Part shown: in pieces, positions 48,668-57,565 of the stretch
Layout of the letters: the number at the start of each line of letters is the position of its first letter
Position numbering within the stretch: position 1 is the first letter of the stretch
IMG/VR virus record: IMGVR_UViG_3300028887_000066
Location: 96,001-160,000 of that record
Reading direction: 5' to 3' (one strand)
Length of the DNA stretch: 64,000 nucleotides
Origin: a virus
Lineage: Duplodnaviria > Heunggongvirae > Uroviricota > Caudoviricetes
Notes under the pieces: generated by a model
The model's input: only the letters and a program-made list of their open reading frames with translations
The model's database searches: none
Told to the model about the DNA's origin: nothing
Made by a program: the position numbers and the translations under genes

Positions 48668-48881
48668 TGGATATAGACGAAACTATCCAATGTAGTTAAG
48701 TATTTCGGTGTCTGGAGCAAGTGGTGACTGCAAACAGAACAACAACGATTGTAAAACTTAGTGAATGGCACAAAAGTTAGACGGGGAGCTGAAGATTGTT
48801 ATTCAGGAAATGCCAAGATTGAAAGCCTAACCGAGGTGGAAGTTTTTATTCAACAGCTCAGAACAAATGAATGGAAAACTT
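48668..48881 (+). ncRNA. Unassigned, probably pseudoknotted RNA
   Basis: Several crossing complementary segments; no ORF. Confidence 0.5.
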
Positions 48882-48898
48882 GACGATATTGGCAATAT

Positions 48899-48971
48899 AT
48901 AGGTGTAGTTCAGTTGGTAGAATGCGGCATTTGGGATGCTGTGGTCGCAGGTTCGAGTCCTGTCACCTATA
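48899..48971 (+). tRNA. tRNA-Pro(TGG)
   Basis: cggca-ttTGGga-tgctg; canonical D and T arms. Confidence 0.9.
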
Positions 48972-48996
48972 CACAAAAACCAAAATACAGGAGTAA

Positions 48997-49069
48997 GCCC
49001 TGTTAGTTCAACCGAATAGAACGTGTGACTACGGATCATAAGATACGGGTTTGAATCCTGTACGGGGTA
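48997..49069 (+). tRNA. tRNA-Arg(ACG)
   Basis: tgtga-ctACGga-tcata. Confidence 0.9.
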
Positions 49070-49075
49070 CAATTT

Positions 49076-49211
49076 TAAGGAATATAGCAACTTACATTGG
49101 CTTATGTCGAAGGGTATTAATACGGCTATGGAGCAGGCTGTAACATTTAGTTTATTCGTGGGCATATACAATGACGAGGCTTCATAAGTATCTAAGTTGT
49201 TCATATCCTTA
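49076..49211 (+). ncRNA. Unassigned rod-like RNA (6S-like architecture)
   Basis: taaggaatatagcaactta/taagttgttcatatcctta and gcttatg/cataagt nested stems. Confidence 0.55.
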
Positions 49212-49215
49212 TTTT

Positions 49216-49303
49216 GGAGGCGTGGCAGAGTGGTTTAATGCAACGGTCTTGAAAACCGTCGGTCGTTAATAGCGGCCCGTAGGTTCGAATCCTACCGCCT
49301 CCG
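49216..49303 (+). tRNA. tRNA-Ser(TGA)
   Basis: Long variable arm, G73. Confidence 0.95.
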
Positions 49304-49349
49304 CGAGAAATAATAATGTTGTTTGTCAGCAATAAAAAAACTAATAAAA

Positions 49350-49883
49350 ATGAAAAATCAGGAATTTAAAATTGATGCCGAAGCAGGTATCGTCGTATTT
49401 TGCCAAAAATCGCATGGTAATGTCTTTATTTCTAAGACAAAAGTAAGTGAAAAGGACAAGTTCAACATCGGTATCGGTCAATTGATTACAATGAAGCGTA
49501 ATGAAATTGAAATCAGGAAAGCCGATATTAAATCAATGCTAACTGTAGCAGACGAATGTAAAGATTTGGCATATATCCACAATGGTAGCACGGCACGAAA
49601 ATTGTACAGCAATTTTGCGCAAATCGCCGCTGAGAAGGTAAGTATGTCTCGTAATCACATCCGTGAGTTGAAACAGGATCTTGAAACCTTGTATAATGGC
49701 ACTTATGAGGTTAAGCCATATGCAGAAATCCTCGAAAGTCATAAAGTTATTCGTAATGGAAGTGAGGAAGACAAGGCAGAGTTGTTCAAGAAACCATATG
49801 CCGTACCAAAGGAAATCGTTGATGGTACACATATGTTTGAAATTGTAGGTGGCACTGTTAAGCTTAAGCCTATTGAAAAGTAA
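49350..49883 (+). CDS. Hypothetical protein
   Basis: 177-aa ORF within the tRNA array. Confidence 0.7.
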   Translation: MKNQEFKIDAEAGIVVFCQKSHGNVFISKTKVSEKDKFNIGIGQLITMKRNEIEIRKADIKSMLTVADECKDLAYIHNGSTARKLYSNFAQIAAEKVSMSRNHIRELKQDLETLYNGTYEVKPYAEILESHKVIRNGSEEDKAELFKKPYAVPKEIVDGTHMFEIVGGTVKLKPIEK

Positions 49884-49911
49884 ATGGGTAGATTTTTCTA
49901 CCCACAAAAAC

Positions 49912-49999
49912 GGAGAGTTGGGGGAGTGGCTTAACCCACCGTCCTGCTAAGACGGCGTACACCAAAAGTGTGCCGATGGTTCGAATCCATCACTCTCCG
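49912..49999 (+). tRNA. tRNA-Ser(GCT)
   Basis: Long variable arm, GCT anticodon. Confidence 0.95.
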
Positions 50000-50015
50000 C
50001 GAAAAATTATTATAT

Positions 50016-50088
50016 GGGACTGTTGGCCGAGAGATCAGGCGCAAGTTTGTGGCACTTGTTTACGTTGGTTTGAGTCCAACACAGCCCC
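50016..50088 (+). tRNA. tRNA-His(GTG)
   Basis: G-1:C73 pair; caagt-ttGTGgc-acttg. Confidence 0.88.
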
Positions 50089-50098
50089 CAAATCTAAC

Positions 50099-50173
50099 AC
50101 TCTCATAACTCAGTTGGTTCAGAGTGCCACTCTTACAAAGTGGAAGTCATAGGTTCAAGTCCTATTGAGAGTA
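50099..50173 (+). tRNA. tRNA-Val(TAC)
   Basis: ccact-ctTACaa-agtgg. Confidence 0.92.
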
Positions 50174-50184
50174 CGAAATTATAT

Positions 50185-50258
50185 TGGGCTGTAGCTCAGT
50201 TGGTCAGAGTATCACACTGATAATGTGAGGGTCGTGGATTCAAGTTCCACCAGCCCAA
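50185..50258 (+). tRNA. tRNA-Ile(GAT)
   Basis: tcaca-ctGATaa-tgtga. Confidence 0.92.
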
Positions 50259-50268
50259 CAATATTGAT

Positions 50269-50350
50269 GGACGTATGGGGGAATTGGTAGACCCGCCTGA
50301 TTCAAAATCAGGTTTCGCAAGAAGTGCAGGTTCGAGTCCTGCTACGTCTA
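50269..50350 (+). tRNA. tRNA-Leu(CAA)
   Basis: Leu-type D loop and variable arm; cctga-ttCAAaa-tcagg. Confidence 0.93.
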
Positions 50351-50358
50351 CTTTTACT

Positions 50359-50440
50359 ACCCCTGTGCTGGAATTGGTAGACAGGTCAGATTAAGGATCT
50401 GATGCCGAAAGGCGTGCGGGTTCGAGTCCCGCCAGGGGTA
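50359..50440 (+). tRNA. tRNA-Leu(AAG)
   Basis: Leu scaffold; tcaga-ttAAGga-tctga. Confidence 0.9.
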
Positions 50441-50452
50441 CTTATATTACTT

Positions 50453-50851
50453 GGGTCTGTTTTGGAATTGATACCAAGAATCGGGCGGTATATAAGCATG
50501 CAGGGTGAGTGGTCATTGCCCTTAAAATCATTGATCAGACAAATTAAATGGTAACTATGAGTATGCTCTCGCTGCTTAATCGAAGTACAGTAGATTAATC
50601 GCTTAATCCTTACACAAGGTGTTCGGACGAGACATCACCCCAAGGTAAATTCACGAAGCCGAGGAAATGGTGGTGCAGTAAATTCGGGAATAGTCACTCA
50701 AAAGCCCTATTTTGGTGATGAAACTTTAAGGGATAAGGGACGAATATGTTGTTCAGGTCGTATTTGTCCACGAATAAATCATTCTGAACTAAGCATGTAG
50801 AAAGTATATGGTTCACTTGAGTAGACGACGGTTCAACCCCGTCCAGATCCA
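50453..50851 (+). ncRNA. ssrA: tmRNA; tag (A)GNYEYALAA
   Basis: GGGTCTG/CAGATCC acceptor with G3:U70; T arm; tag ORF ggt aac tat gag tat gct ctc gct gct taa. Confidence 0.95.
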
Positions 50852-50856
50852 CAAAC

Positions 50857-50928
50857 AGGGGATTAGTTTAGTGGTTAGAATGCATGACTCCAAATCTTGA
50901 GACAACTGTTCGATTCGGTTATCCCCTG
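50857..50928 (+). tRNA. tRNA-Trp(CCA)
   Basis: AGGGGAT/ATCCCCT acceptor, G73, CCA anticodon. Confidence 0.88.
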
Positions 50929-50950
50929 CAATTACTCCACCAAATTTTAA

Positions 50951-50991
50951 ACTGATACTTGGACTCCACCTCCTTGTATCAGTATTTTTTT
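50951..50991 (+). terminator. Terminator closing the RNA array
   Basis: actgatac/gtatcagt stem plus T run. Confidence 0.6.
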
Positions 50992-51027
50992 GTATTTTTA
51001 TCATATATTAAATATGAATTATAACAT

Positions 51028-51321
51028 ATGAAGAAGAAAGTAAATTTAGTGTTAATAGCTGGAGTCATTCTTTTTGTTATTTGTGTCTTATTTTCATTGA
51101 TCAGCTGTACCGATAATCAAATATCAAGGAAATTTGGCGGTACAACAGAAATCAGGTTAGAAAAGGGTCAGAAACTTCTTGAAGCAACATGGAAGGATAA
51201 TAATCTTTGGTATCTTACTGAACCAATGGATGATGACTATACACCAAAGACAAAGGTTTTCAGGGAAGACTCAAACTTTGGTGTATTGGAAGGAAAGGTA
51301 CTATTTATTGAATCTAAGTAG
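51028..51321 (+). CDS. Putative lipoprotein
   Basis: Hydrophobic N-terminus, LISC lipobox, KFGG..LL.ATWK..LWYLT. Confidence 0.7.
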   Translation: MKKKVNLVLIAGVILFVICVLFSLISCTDNQISRKFGGTTEIRLEKGQKLLEATWKDNNLWYLTEPMDDDYTPKTKVFREDSNFGVLEGKVLFIESK

Positions 51322-51323
51322 CT

Positions 51324-51506
51324 ATGGTAAAAATCCTATCATTACGGAAAAAACCGACGGTAAAATGGACTAAACAGGTGGAATGCCCGATGTGTGGGGC
51401 ATTGCTTGAATATACTAATCTTGACGTTCAACAAAGGATGTGCCAATACAATGAAATAGATGATGTCATCACGTGTCCAAATTGCAATAAATGGTTTTGT
51501 ATATAA
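51324..51506 (+). CDS. Zinc-ribbon protein
   Basis: CPMC..CPNC. Confidence 0.7.
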   Translation: MVKILSLRKKPTVKWTKQVECPMCGALLEYTNLDVQQRMCQYNEIDDVITCPNCNKWFCI

Positions 51507-51508
51507 AA

Positions 51509-51658
51509 ATGGAGTTTAAGAATATTGAATTTTATAAAGCCATCATTGATTGCTTGGCAAAGGTGGATGAACACCCCAAAGATATAATATGTAAATTACC
51601 AAGAACACGAATAGATGAAAAATTCTCTTTCTTAAAAAGAGAAGCCGATAAAAAATAA
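51509..51658 (+). CDS. Hypothetical 49-aa protein
   Basis: Translated by hand; fills the gap in an operon. Confidence 0.5.
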   Translation: MEFKNIEFYKAIIDCLAKVDEHPKDIICKLPRTRIDEKFSFLKREADKK

Positions 51659-51667
51659 TTAAAAGAA

Positions 51668-51997
51668 ATGAACCCAAATAAGAAAAAGGAAATAGTCGAA
51701 AGAGTGATATTTAAATACCAGCTCTATAAATCGGCAATGCTTGAGTACATTAAGAAGCAAAATACAGAAAAAGAAGCTGTAACATTGTCAGGCACTATGA
51801 GTGAATCGTCTGAAGATTATTACAACACAGCGTCTGAAATGCCTATGATAAAACCAAACATCTATTATTTTATGGATGCCAATGAAAGGAAGGTACTCAA
51901 AAAAATAATGGAAAGAAAAGCGGGATATGAAAACGTAAACCTGAATAAATTACCAAACAAATACAAAGGAAAGAATAATGGTACTGAAGTTAGTTAG
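51668..51997 (+). CDS. Hypothetical protein
   Basis: ORF track. Confidence 0.6.
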   Translation: MNPNKKKEIVERVIFKYQLYKSAMLEYIKKQNTEKEAVTLSGTMSESSEDYYNTASEMPMIKPNIYYFMDANERKVLKKIMERKAGYENVNLNKLPNKYKGKNNGTEVS

Positions 51998-52235
51998 GGG
52001 CTGCATATGTGACAGTATGACGGTGGATGATATTGAGGAGATAGACCTTACGGATGAGCAGAGGGAAAAGGTAATAGAAACCATAATGAAAAACCTGAAG
52101 CCCGAAGATTTGAATTATCTCCTTCAAAAAACAATTCCGCTATTTGCGCAGGAGGAACATTTCGACGATGAACCATGCGAATGCTGTGGCGACTATGTAG
52201 AAGAATACATATGGACTATTGATGATGTAAATTGA
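51978..52235 (+). CDS. Hypothetical Cys-containing acidic protein
   Basis: GCIC..CECCGD. Confidence 0.65.
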   Translation: MVLKLVRGCICDSMTVDDIEEIDLTDEQREKVIETIMKNLKPEDLNYLLQKTIPLFAQEEHFDDEPCECCGDYVEEYIWTIDDVN

Positions 52236-52246
52236 GATTAAGAACA

Positions 52247-52483
52247 ATGGAATTCAGGGTAAAATATAAGAAGGACTATTATGGCAACTATGCCAACATA
52301 GTACAGGCGAGGACATGGTGGTTTCCCATATTCCGTGACATATATTATGAAATTGAGGAATGTGACGGCAATGAATATTATCAAACTGCGTTTGCAAGTA
52401 GGGAACGGGCAGAGAAATGGATAGAAGAGAATCAATATGCAACGGATATAAAGTTCTCCTTGTGGCTTGGGTGGTATTTCTAA
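52247..52483 (+). CDS. Hypothetical protein
   Basis: ORF track. Confidence 0.55.
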   Translation: MEFRVKYKKDYYGNYANIVQARTWWFPIFRDIYYEIEECDGNEYYQTAFASRERAEKWIEENQYATDIKFSLWLGWYF

Positions 52484-52530
52484 AGATAATGTAAGCTGTA
52501 TTTATAATTAGCATTAAAACAATTACGGAT

Positions 52531-52971
52531 ATGGCGACATTTGCTACGGCTAAAGAACTTTCAGCATACCTAAGAAAGGTCACAGTATCACAATACGAAC
52601 CTCTTCCCTCATCGATACACACGGTATTGCAGCGTCATGGGATCAAACCTATTACGAAAGACTATAACGGACGTTTGGTAAAGGTCTATGATGTTAAAAA
52701 CGCTAAGAGGATAATTTCTCAGTATATGTATGAATTAAAAAAAGAGGATGCACTTACGAACAATGTAAAGGATATTATGAAACATAATTCGGATAATGTA
52801 TCCAATACATCTATGCCAAAACCTCAGTATATACCAAGAAAGCATGGAGAGACCAATGCAATGCGTGAATTAGACAGAGAAACACTATACGAGGGAAAAA
52901 GAATATACATCACAGAGGAACAATTCAAGAAACTTGTTAAAAGAGGGTTTGTTAATGAAATGGCCTTATAA
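52531..52971 (+). CDS. Hypothetical protein with C-terminal putative head-targeting helix
   Basis: GKRIYITEEQFKKLVKRGFVNE; TATTTATA upstream (about 52499). Confidence 0.6.
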   Translation: MATFATAKELSAYLRKVTVSQYEPLPSSIHTVLQRHGIKPITKDYNGRLVKVYDVKNAKRIISQYMYELKKEDALTNNVKDIMKHNSDNVSNTSMPKPQYIPRKHGETNAMRELDRETLYEGKRIYITEEQFKKLVKRGFVNEMAL

Positions 52972-52980
52972 ATAAATTTT

Positions 52981-53502
52981 ATGAAATATAAAATAAACTC
53001 ATCGCATGGAGGACATTTGGGCATATACCCAAAATTCAACACAGATGATATAAACTATTTAATTGGAAAACGTATTATCAATAATCCTGAAGAACTGTCC
53101 ATTAAGGATTGGAATCTTATTGATGGGTATGAATACATATGTAAACTCCATAACGGGGATTATACGGTAATTGTAATATATTCTGATGGCGGAAATGAGC
53201 CGCATTTTCATATTGTCGATACCGAAACAATGGGGGATAAATTTGATTCTGCTATAAAGATTTTATCACCTGATTATTATACGCATTCAGATAATGACGC
53301 GCAAGATAAACTCACTTTGGAAATTGCAAATGAATTGAATGAAACACTTCATGATCCATGGGCCGATGGATTTTATCTTACAAAATGGCAAACGTGCCTG
53401 AAACTTTTCACCAAAGAATTTCATCCAGATGAAAAATATAAAAAATTTAATATTACATTAAATACGAAACAACCTGATTATACAAAATTGATAGCTAAAT
53501 AA
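52981..53502 (+). CDS. Hypothetical protein (EPHFH motif, DUF4160-like)
   Basis: IYSDGGNEPHFHI. Confidence 0.55.
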   Translation: MKYKINSSHGGHLGIYPKFNTDDINYLIGKRIINNPEELSIKDWNLIDGYEYICKLHNGDYTVIVIYSDGGNEPHFHIVDTETMGDKFDSAIKILSPDYYTHSDNDAQDKLTLEIANELNETLHDPWADGFYLTKWQTCLKLFTKEFHPDEKYKKFNITLNTKQPDYTKLIAK

Positions 53503-53635
53503 AGATGGGTAGATTTGTTATCTACCCATTATGAATTTATTGTGATAGCAACATCATTTTCTGTGATACCCGAAAAATATCTTTAGTAACTTCCTTATTT
53601 AATATTGAAGTGAGACAAAAAATTCATAAAATTAA

Positions 53636-54121
53636 TCAAATATTTTTATCAAGCCATTTCTTTACAAGCCAATCAACCGAGCTAACCCTGAGATTATCTA
53701 TATCACACATGTTTAATTCACATAGTTCTTCCTCATCATACAGTCTTATACAATATGGATAAATCCTATCTTTCCCCTTCCTTATACTAAGAAGAACCAT
53801 AAAATATTCATTACTATCTATTTTGACGGCTCCCCCCGTCAAACCGCTTCTAACACTTTTAGAAAGACCGTCTGAAGACACTCCACACCTCCAAGGTGAT
53901 ATTATCTCGCCGCCTGTGAAAACGGCTCCTATGGCTAATATGGCACTTTTATAAATATCATATAAGCTCCCTCCTGCCCTGATATGATAATACACATCCT
54001 TCACACTTCTCTCAGATAATCCCGTTATTTCCATAATACGTTGAATGAGTTTCTTTCCCTCTAAATAGGAAAGTTCCTTCCCGCTTAATTCAATAAGCGG
54101 CAAATGTGAAAAAATCTCCAT
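53636..54121 (-). CDS. Hypothetical protein
   Basis: ORF with late promoter motif upstream (about 54144). Confidence 0.55.
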   Translation of the reverse strand: MEIFSHLPLIELSGKELSYLEGKKLIQRIMEITGLSERSVKDVYYHIRAGGSLYDIYKSAILAIGAVFTGGEIISPWRCGVSSDGLSKSVRSGLTGGAVKIDSNEYFMVLLSIRKGKDRIYPYCIRLYDEEELCELNMCDIDNLRVSSVDWLVKKWLDKNI

Positions 54122-54214
54122 ATATATTTCCTTTTTCTCCTTATATAAATACTGATAAACAGCCTTAAACAGGTATTTATTATTAATAATAAATACGAAA
54201 AAATATTAAGAACA

Positions 54215-56242
54215 ATGAAAACATATTTAAGAAATTTATTTCTCGCATTTACATGCTGTTTCGTTTTCGTATCTTGCGTAGAGGATAGTCTTTTTGATAG
54301 TAATGCTACCGACAAAACTACCTCCAATGCCATCAAATTCTATACATATGAAAAGGGAATGACAAGGGCTGCAACGCAGATGGAAAACGCAAACCATGAC
54401 AATTTCGGGGTATTTGGCTTTTATGAGCAAATAAAGACATGTAACTTGGCCGATTACTATATAATGGACAATTACCTTGTAAAATACTCGACCACACCAA
54501 ACGGCTCCACATGGGGTGATGGAACGGGCAATATTACAGATAACCTTTCCTATTGGTTTTACGATGGTCTCAAGGAAGCGGACGGTGCTAAACAGGAACA
54601 ATACCTCAAGTATTGGAACGGTTCAACCAATAATTCAATGTGGACTTATTTCCTTTCTTATGCCCCTTATAATAAGGCAGTCGAATATTATCATCCTGAA
54701 GTCGGAAAAGATACATTGGTGCTTGGTTCCGTGTCTTCATTCTATATTAATCCTGTAGAACAGGTTGATGGCATTACCCAAACAAACACAAGCGACATCA
54801 TAAACGAAAATGAAATTCTTTTCGGTGGTAAATCGGTGTTTCAGACATCGTATGGTAATGATGTACAACTTCTTTTCTCACATGCCAATCCGCGTATAAA
54901 GATAGGCTTTTGGGAGGATATTCCAGGCTATGATGTAGAGCTTATAGATTTCAGGCCCGTAAACACTGTTGTCGGAGGCCCTCAGTTTGTAGGTTATGAT
55001 GAGGCACAGTATCTCAATAATGTTACGCCGCAAGTAAGGGATGCCAATACAGGAGGTGGCTCTGTATATTTTAAAGGTGATGGTACTGTGGGTACGGGAA
55101 AAGGGTCGATTCATGAGTTTCCTGTAACATCATATTTCAAGAAATCAGACTATCCTGATGGTATTACGGCTAACGACATTAAGGCATATATAGCCGATAA
55201 GCCAGAAGCAATTTGCGCAATCGCGTACAACCGATTTACGGCAAGTGATGGAAATGATACATATTGGTATATTACTTGGTTCGGCTACGGTGATGACATA
55301 GATTCGGATTCTTGGATAATTGCAACACAGGAAGATGGTACTATCAAATTCACAATGACAGTTGGCGGATACTCTTACGGAAGCCTCGTCGCCGTTCCTG
55401 ATGAGGTGGTATTTGCCGACGGTTATGAGCCATCCTCTTCAAACACCGCGATATTTGATTATACAAATAGCCCACTTGAATTGTATTCTGATTTCCTTTT
55501 GGTTCCATCTCATCCTGATCAGGCAGCTTGGCCAACATCTGAGCAACTTAAAAATCAGGAAAACAGACAATATACTCAGGAATATGGAACTACAACAAAA
55601 TATAATCCAGGAACGGAATTCTATGGTCAGCCACAATGGACAAATCTCTTAAAGGGCAATCAGGGTTTGGCATATTATACAAATAAGGCAAATGGAATGA
55701 AGATAGCAAACCTTGGCGACAGTATAATGTACTATGACGGAAAGGTAATTGGTAAACCGTCACCTGTAACGCTTCATTTCAATGACACTACTCAGGTGTT
55801 GACAAATCTTAGATTCAAGAAGCCTACAGGCAAGATTTCCGAAATAAACACGGCTCCAAGTTACTCTCCTACATTATACTACCCTCTTGCGCATAACTAT
55901 ACAGAAGATAATGTTGGTTTCACACTCAAGGTTTCTTATAAGCTGATACCGAAAGACGGTACTGCCTCTATCTTTGTGTACGATGCCCGCGTATATATCA
56001 CACCAAACTATTGTAATTGGCAGAATGGAAAACAATACACATATATTATCAAACTTACAAAGGATAGTAATGGAACGACAAATCCTGGAAAAGTTGATCC
56101 TTGTGACCCATCAACACCATATGTCGATCCAGATGACCCTCGCGTAATAACTGATAAAGCCTTAAAGCCTATCGTATTCGAGGCAATAGTTGAAAACTAT
56201 GACGATGGTAATATAGAATCGGAACACATTATTTCTGAATAA
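54215..56242 (+). CDS. Fimbrillin-like (type V pilin) lipoprotein
   Basis: FVSC lipobox; AIKF..TRAA propeptide cleavage; FGVFG; FLSYAPY; VQLLFSHAN; WQNGKQYTYII; C-terminal PIVFEAIVENYD donor strand. Confidence 0.8.
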   Translation: MKTYLRNLFLAFTCCFVFVSCVEDSLFDSNATDKTTSNAIKFYTYEKGMTRAATQMENANHDNFGVFGFYEQIKTCNLADYYIMDNYLVKYSTTPNGSTWGDGTGNITDNLSYWFYDGLKEADGAKQEQYLKYWNGSTNNSMWTYFLSYAPYNKAVEYYHPEVGKDTLVLGSVSSFYINPVEQVDGITQTNTSDIINENEILFGGKSVFQTSYGNDVQLLFSHANPRIKIGFWEDIPGYDVELIDFRPVNTVVGGPQFVGYDEAQYLNNVTPQVRDANTGGGSVYFKGDGTVGTGKGSIHEFPVTSYFKKSDYPDGITANDIKAYIADKPEAICAIAYNRFTASDGNDTYWYITWFGYGDDIDSDSWIIATQEDGTIKFTMTVGGYSYGSLVAVPDEVVFADGYEPSSSNTAIFDYTNSPLELYSDFLLVPSHPDQAAWPTSEQLKNQENRQYTQEYGTTTKYNPGTEFYGQPQWTNLLKGNQGLAYYTNKANGMKIANLGDSIMYYDGKVIGKPSPVTLHFNDTTQVLTNLRFKKPTGKISEINTAPSYSPTLYYPLAHNYTEDNVGFTLKVSYKLIPKDGTASIFVYDARVYITPNYCNWQNGKQYTYIIKLTKDSNGTTNPGKVDPCDPSTPYVDPDDPRVITDKALKPIVFEAIVENYDDGNIESEHIISE

Positions 56243-56302
56243 GACATATATTTATTAGGGTACTCAAAAAGAGTACCCTATTTTTTTTTATATATTTGTT
56301 AT

Positions 56303-57565
56303 ATGAGACATTGTGTATATTTCTTGCTATTGCTGTTTTCCGTAACTTGTTTTGGGCAAGATACCATAAAATATTCAGACACGATAAGATATACCTGTAA
56401 AGGTGACGTAAATTTCCAAGTCAATAAATGGGAATTGAGGAATGATTCGTTGCAAAAAAGACTGATTAATGACATCAGGCCCATACTTGCAAATGGCTTC
56501 GTTTTCGATTCTCTTTTTATAAGTGGAGCGGCATCTCCAGAAGGAAGCTATCAAAATAACGCCTTCCTTGCAAGAAATAGATACAGGACAACTATTGATA
56601 CAATACAAAACTATATAGGAACGCCTGTATACAAAAATGTGTCACTTTATCCTGAAGACTATGAGCGTCTATTAGGACTTATGAGCAACGAAAATGATAT
56701 GTATTTAGAATATGTAAGAAATGCAGTATCACTCGGCAACCCGTTTCTCATAAAGTCGGCTCTTCAAAAAGACCGATATATATGGAATTATCTTTTAATG
56801 AAATATTTCCCGACATTACGTTCAGCGCAATATAGAATGTCGTTTCACAAAACAATAGAAAAGGAAATAAGAACCATACACGATACCATATACATCCATA
56901 GGATAGACACTATCTATATACCAATGCAAGGAACCGTAAAAAAAGAGAAGAGGCTTCCAAAGCTTTCAATAAGGACTAATCTTCTGTATGATTTCTTCTA
57001 TATGCCAAATTTCGGCTTCGCCCCGTCATGGGACTTTCACGCTGAATACTATCCATACAAGGGCCGATATACATATAATATAGGTATTACTTTTCCATAT
57101 TGGAAAAAGTGGAACCAATACAAATTCTTCCAAATAGAGGACATCAATGCCGAGTTAAGGGTATATTACAAACATAAAGACTATACATACTATAATGGAT
57201 GGTATAGCGGGATTTCCATTGATGCCTTGCGCTATGGGATAGGTTTTGACAAGGAACGAGGATGGGAAGGAGAGGCACTTGCTTTTTCACTGACATCGGG
57301 ATACGTATGGCAAATATCAGACAAGTGGAAAGTGCATTTCAGTGCAGCATTCGGATGCCTCTATACCAAATATGACCCATACGTCTATGGAAACCCCTTC
57401 ACAAGGGACGAAAGCAAAGACTTATATTATTATAAATACTATGGTTTGAAAGAGGATTTTGTAAAGAGAAACCATTCAAAATTATTGTTCATACCGACCA
57501 ATATAGGAATATCACTTTCATACGATATACTTTTTTATAAAAGGTACAAACTGTTAAGAAAATGA
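56303..57565 (+). CDS. DUF3575-like outer-membrane protein (OmpA-like + beta-barrel)
   Basis: GAASPEGSYQNNAFLARNR, YFPTLR, IRTNLLYD, GWEGE and PTNIGISLSY. Confidence 0.75.
   Translation: MRHCVYFLLLLFSVTCFGQDTIKYSDTIRYTCKGDVNFQVNKWELRNDSLQKRLINDIRPILANGFVFDSLFISGAASPEGSYQNNAFLARNRYRTTIDTIQNYIGTPVYKNVSLYPEDYERLLGLMSNENDMYLEYVRNAVSLGNPFLIKSALQKDRYIWNYLLMKYFPTLRSAQYRMSFHKTIEKEIRTIHDTIYIHRIDTIYIPMQGTVKKEKRLPKLSIRTNLLYDFFYMPNFGFAPSWDFHAEYYPYKGRYTYNIGITFPYWKKWNQYKFFQIEDINAELRVYYKHKDYTYYNGWYSGISIDALRYGIGFDKERGWEGEALAFSLTSGYVWQISDKWKVHFSAAFGCLYTKYDPYVYGNPFTRDESKDLYYYKYYGLKEDFVKRNHSKLLFIPTNIGISLSYDILFYKRYKLLRK

Noticed and set aside
48620-48881. RNase P RNA
   Set aside because: Only a partial AAAGTCC; lacks GAGGAAAGUCC and the 3' P4 partner.
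45175-51004. Track ORFs 45175-45438, 46359-46553, 48827-49204, 49970-50152 and 50813-51004
   Set aside because: They overlap tRNA, tmRNA or structured RNA sequence and have no protein-like features.
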